A stretch of 64,000 nt of DNA, taken from contig CAVZRV010000007.1 in NCBI GenBank assembly GCA_963777605.1, forward strand, positions 704,001-768,000, read 5' to 3'. This DNA comes from an uncultured Acidobacteriota bacterium. GTDB lineage: Bacteria; Acidobacteriota; UBA6911; RPQK01; JAPXNP01. Positions 60,283 to 64,000 of this stretch are shown here, piece after piece (position 1 is the first letter of the stretch; each line of letters begins with the position of its first letter). The notes beneath the pieces are model-generated. The model was given only the letters and a program-made list of their open reading frames with translations, had not been told where the DNA came from and did no database searches. The translations under genes were made by a program, and so were the position numbers.

Positions 60283-60386
60283 GTTCCCCGCCCGTCCGCG
60301 GGCTTTGGGAAATGGGCGAAGAATTTGAAGCCTTAAGAAGACATCGCTAGGGTGAAAAGGAGACAATAGCAGGACCGGGGTTTGTT

Positions 60387-61730
60387 ATGGAGCCAATGGA
60401 ACAGGTACTGGAACAACTGCGCGACGCCCTGGAGCGAAAGGATTACTCCAGCGCTGCCCAGCTCATTGCCGGTTACCGGGCTCCCGATCAGGCTGAGTTC
60501 TTCTCGGAACTCGAGGACGACGAGCAAGTAGCCCTGCTTCCCGAACTCTCGCCTGAGGCGTCCGCCGACATCCTTGAAGAACTGGACAACGAACAGGCTG
60601 CGCAGTTGATCGAGGCCCTGCCGGACGAGACCGTCGTGCGAATCGTCGAAGAGATGGAACCGGACGAGGCAGCCGACGTTCTGGCAGAATTGAATCCGGC
60701 TCGTGCCGAGGCCCTGGTGTCCGCACTCGAGGATCCCGACGAGGTTCGCCCCCTCCTCGTACATCCGGACGAAAGCGCCGGCGGCCTGATGACCTCCGAG
60801 TTTCTCGCCCTCCGCCGGCGCATGACAGCCCAGGAGGGGATCGACGCCCTCAGGCGCTGGCACCCGAACGCCGAAGCCGTTTATTACCTTTACGTCGCCG
60901 ACCGCCAGGGGAAGCTCTGTGGTGTAGTCAGTCTACGTGAACTTGTCGTCTCCGAGCCGGACGCCTTGATCATGGAGATCATGGATTCCAGCGTGATCAC
61001 AGTCCGCGACGACATGGACCAGGAAGAGGTCGCTCGTATCATGGGTCGCTACGGCTTCATGGCCCTACCCGTAGTCAATGCCAACGGGCGGATCATCGGG
61101 GTCATCACCGGTGACGACATCATCCAGGTCATGGAGGAAGAAGCCACTGAAGACATTCAGAAGTTTGGAGGAGCCGAACCGCTGGAGCGCGGCTACCTGG
61201 ACACCTCTCCCCTCCAAATCACCCGAAAGCGAATCGGCTGGCTCCTCCTGCTCTTCTTCACCGCAACCCTGACTGGTTCGGTGCTGCGCTACTTTCAGCA
61301 CGAAGTCGAGGCGATGGTGGCCCTCGTGATCTTCATCCCTCTACTGATTGGAACCGGAGGAAATGCGGGTTCTCAGACGACTGCTACCGTCATCCGTGCA
61401 CTGGCAACTGGAGACATCGTCACTTCGGAAATATTTAGAGTTTGGTGGCACGAGGCTCGTGTCGGGATTCTCCTTGCTCTGGGAATGTCCGCAGTCGCAT
61501 ATGTCCGGGCCATCACCTGGGAGCCCAATTCATCCCTCGCCCTGACAGTTGCACTCGCAACCGCCGGGGTCGTGGTCTGGGCGACTGGAGTCGGTGCCCT
61601 GCTTCCACTACTGGCGGCGAAATTGAAGATCGATCCCGCGGTCGTTTCAGGGCCGGTCATGAGTACCCTGGTCGATGCCACCGGGTTGCTGATCTATTTC
61701 TGGACCGCACGCTGGATTCTCGGTCTGTGA
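60387..61730 (+). CDS. mgtE: Magnesium transporter MgtE
   Basis: Acidic N domain (MEPDEAADVL), SAGGLMT, CBS pair, EEATEDI, GTGGNAGSQ, DPAVVSGP...VDATG. Confidence 0.96.
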   Translation: MEPMEQVLEQLRDALERKDYSSAAQLIAGYRAPDQAEFFSELEDDEQVALLPELSPEASADILEELDNEQAAQLIEALPDETVVRIVEEMEPDEAADVLAELNPARAEALVSALEDPDEVRPLLVHPDESAGGLMTSEFLALRRRMTAQEGIDALRRWHPNAEAVYYLYVADRQGKLCGVVSLRELVVSEPDALIMEIMDSSVITVRDDMDQEEVARIMGRYGFMALPVVNANGRIIGVITGDDIIQVMEEEATEDIQKFGGAEPLERGYLDTSPLQITRKRIGWLLLLFFTATLTGSVLRYFQHEVEAMVALVIFIPLLIGTGGNAGSQTTATVIRALATGDIVTSEIFRVWWHEARVGILLALGMSAVAYVRAITWEPNSSLALTVALATAGVVVWATGVGALLPLLAAKLKIDPAVVSGPVMSTLVDATGLLIYFWTARWILGL

Positions 61731-61941
61731 TGCGTCCGGACAACCCCCTGGCAGGGAACGCAGTTCGTCCTCGGGCAGTTCAACGAGTCCCTCGACCAGG
61801 TTAAGGCGGAAACGCCGCGATAATCGGATCGCTTGGCGGGTGGCGCACGTCTCGAATGTCCATTCCTCTGGGCGCAACATTTTGGGAGAACCCGCATCGA
61901 CGGATACAATGGAACTGTTAATGCTATGAGGAGGTTTGAGA

Positions 61942-62775
61942 ATGTCTGAAAGCGGAGGCCGAAAATGGATTCCCTGGGTTGCCCTGGGAGCCACGCTCGT
62001 GATCGTTATGGTGGTTGGCGGCCTTTTGCTGTCGAGAATTGACCGAATCGGCGAACGCATTAATGGGATGCAGGGCCGACTGGAAGAGGCCGTTACCACT
62101 GCCGATGCGGCAAGAACCACGGCCGAGTCGGCCCAGCGGAAGGCCGAGGAATCCGAGCAACTTTCCCGGGTCGCAGCCGAAGGCCGCAACCGGGCCGAGT
62201 CCGATCGCGACGAATTCCAAAAGAAGGCCTTTGAAGCACAGGACCAGGCCCAGTCGACACAGCGCAAGTTCCTTGCCGCAAAGGAAGAACTCGCAGTTCT
62301 CAGGAAAGAGCGTGACGTCGAGATGAGTCGCCTTCAAAAAGCCCTCAACCGGATTGCCGCGACTCGACGAACCAGCGACGGCCTGGTCATGAATCTGGGC
62401 ACCGATTCGATCAACTTCGACTTTGACAAAGCGTCACTCCGACCCGAAGAACGAGAATTGCTCAGTCGAATCGCCGGTATTCTTCTGACTTCGAGCGGAT
62501 ACCGGGTCCAGGTATACGGGCACACCGACGACGTCGGGAGCAACCAATACAACCTGGAACTGTCCGAGCGGAGAGCAAAGGCTGTTGAAAAGTACCTCAT
62601 AGAAGCCGGCATCGACCCCAGCATCATCACGATGAAAGGCTTCGGGAAGTCCATTCCACTCGTTCGGGGGTCCTCCAAAGAGGCTCGCGCGAAGAACCGG
62701 CGTGTTGAAATCGGCATTATCGACACAGTCATCAAGTACCACAGTCTGGTCGATGGTGACCCTTCGTCCAAGTAG
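61942..62775 (+). CDS. Membrane-anchored coiled-coil OmpA/MotB-domain protein
   Basis: N-terminal TM helix, Ala/Glu/Gln-rich helical stalk, FDFDKASL...GHTDDVGSNQYNLELSERRA...NRRVEI; SD GAGGAGG. Confidence 0.88.
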   Translation: MSESGGRKWIPWVALGATLVIVMVVGGLLLSRIDRIGERINGMQGRLEEAVTTADAARTTAESAQRKAEESEQLSRVAAEGRNRAESDRDEFQKKAFEAQDQAQSTQRKFLAAKEELAVLRKERDVEMSRLQKALNRIAATRRTSDGLVMNLGTDSINFDFDKASLRPEERELLSRIAGILLTSSGYRVQVYGHTDDVGSNQYNLELSERRAKAVEKYLIEAGIDPSIITMKGFGKSIPLVRGSSKEARAKNRRVEIGIIDTVIKYHSLVDGDPSSK

Positions 62776-62881
62776 TGCCTTTATTCACTGGAGATCGCAC
62801 CCAATCTGACGAGAAACTGGCGCTCGGCGACGCTTTTTGGATAATATACCTGCGATATTCCTTTCCGAAAGAGCGCTGACA

Positions 62882-63949
62882 ATGGTCCAGAAGTCACATC
62901 TGTCTGATCTGGATGAACGCTCACGAAGCGTTTTGCGTACGTTGATCAAGGAACACGTGCGCTCGGGGCGACCTGTCGGCTCGAGACGCCTTTCCAAGAT
63001 CTATCATGAGCGCCTCAGTCCGGCCACCCTGCGCAACGTCATGGCGGACCTCGAAGATGCCGGGTACCTTTCCCAGCCGCACACTTCCGCAGGGCGGGTT
63101 CCGACCGCGGAAGGGTACCGTTGCTTCGTTCGACAGCTCCTCAAGTCTCGAGAGTTGTCTTTCCTCGAGTCAGGCGAAATCAGGAAATGCCTGGAGGAAA
63201 AGAGCGATCCGACAGATCTGATGTCGACTGCCTCCCAACTCCTGTCCAGCTATACCAACAACATTGGCATCGTGCTGGCACCTCGGATCTTCCGGGCTGT
63301 GATGAAACACATCGAGTTCGTTCGCCTTTCCGAGCGGCGGGTGCTGGTAATACTGGTCAGCAAGGCCGGCCTGGTTCAGCATCACATGATCCGCCTCGAC
63401 GAAGCCATCGCCCAATCCGAGTTGGATCAGGCTGCGAACTACCTGACGGCAAACTACGCCGGCAGGAATCTGCTCAGTATTCGGGCGGAATTGGTGCGGC
63501 TCATGTCGCAAGAGCGCGCCCTTTACGATCGCCTGCTCCGGAACGTGGTTCTCCTGGGAGCGGCCGCTCTGGGACCGGACGACAGCGAGGCCGAGGCCGA
63601 ACCTCAGGTTTTTCTCGACGGCACATCCCGAGTGCTGCATCGCATCGACGGGGCGGATGTTGAACGTCTGATTGCGCTGTTTGAGACCCTGGAGGAGAAG
63701 AAGCGTCTCGTCCAGATCATTTCGGAATGCATTACGGAGGGTTCCTGCAGCCCTTCGGTGATCATCGGACTCGAGCAGCACATCCCAGGGATGAGCAACT
63801 GGTCGCTGATAACGTCTTCCTACCGGTATGATTCCCACGTCTCGGGTACGCTCGGGATTCTGGGACCCTCCCGGATGGAATATGACCGCGCCATCGGTCT
63901 GGTCGATTATGTGGCACGGCTTTTTGGGCAGATTATGGACCCGAACTGA
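62882..63949 (+). CDS. hrcA: Heat-inducible transcription repressor HrcA
   Basis: PVGSRRL, SPATLRNVMADLE, QPHTSAGRVPT, LGILGPSRMEY. Confidence 0.96.
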   Translation: MVQKSHLSDLDERSRSVLRTLIKEHVRSGRPVGSRRLSKIYHERLSPATLRNVMADLEDAGYLSQPHTSAGRVPTAEGYRCFVRQLLKSRELSFLESGEIRKCLEEKSDPTDLMSTASQLLSSYTNNIGIVLAPRIFRAVMKHIEFVRLSERRVLVILVSKAGLVQHHMIRLDEAIAQSELDQAANYLTANYAGRNLLSIRAELVRLMSQERALYDRLLRNVVLLGAAALGPDDSEAEAEPQVFLDGTSRVLHRIDGADVERLIALFETLEEKKRLVQIISECITEGSCSPSVIIGLEQHIPGMSNWSLITSSYRYDSHVSGTLGILGPSRMEYDRAIGLVDYVARLFGQIMDPN

Positions 63950-64000
63950 ATCGGGATTCCTGGTTTACTTGCATATCGCCCCCGCAAATCTTAAGAAAAG

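Noticed and set aside
60283-60386. Magnesium (M-box) riboswitch before mgtE
   Set aside because: The gap is only about 100 nt and I see no matching conserved sequence or terminator.
62817-62845. Possible CIRCE element upstream of hrcA (CTGGCGCTC...)
   Set aside because: Only the left half resembles TTAGCACTC; the right half after 9 nt does not match GAGTGCTAA.
1-64000. CRISPR arrays, IS elements, prophage, rRNA
   Set aside because: No regularly spaced direct repeats, no transposase, integrase or phage motifs, and no intergenic space large enough were seen by eye.

Overview
A gene-dense, GC-rich (about 60% by eye) bacterial chromosome segment, probably Acidobacteriota (inferred from gene families; not tested). 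It is mostly core or housekeeping DNA: pcrA, rimP-nusA-infB-DUF503-DHH-truB, hflKC, addBA, dusB, aroC, mgtE, hrcA, three M16 peptidase genes and a tricorn-like protease. I saw no intact rRNA or tRNA gene, CRISPR array, integrase or transposase. Most notable: (1) the gene right after msrP is split by the ORF caller but reads as one TlpA-like redoxin with an in-frame UGA in a UxxC active site followed by a SECIS-like hairpin, i.e. a probable selenoprotein sitting where msrQ normally is; (2) a tetraether-synthase (Tes/GDGT-MAS)-like radical SAM gene, pointing to membrane-spanning lipid synthesis; (3) a coupled ParB-N plus spore-photoproduct-lyase-like gene pair; (4) a DUF1080 domain interrupted by a transmembrane hairpin; (5) head-to-head M16 genes with promoters apparently inside each other's coding regions; (6) no rbfA at its usual position. 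Seven single-base frameshifts (six within 34.8-37.3 kb) look like assembly errors. All product calls come from motif recognition by eye; no database search was run.
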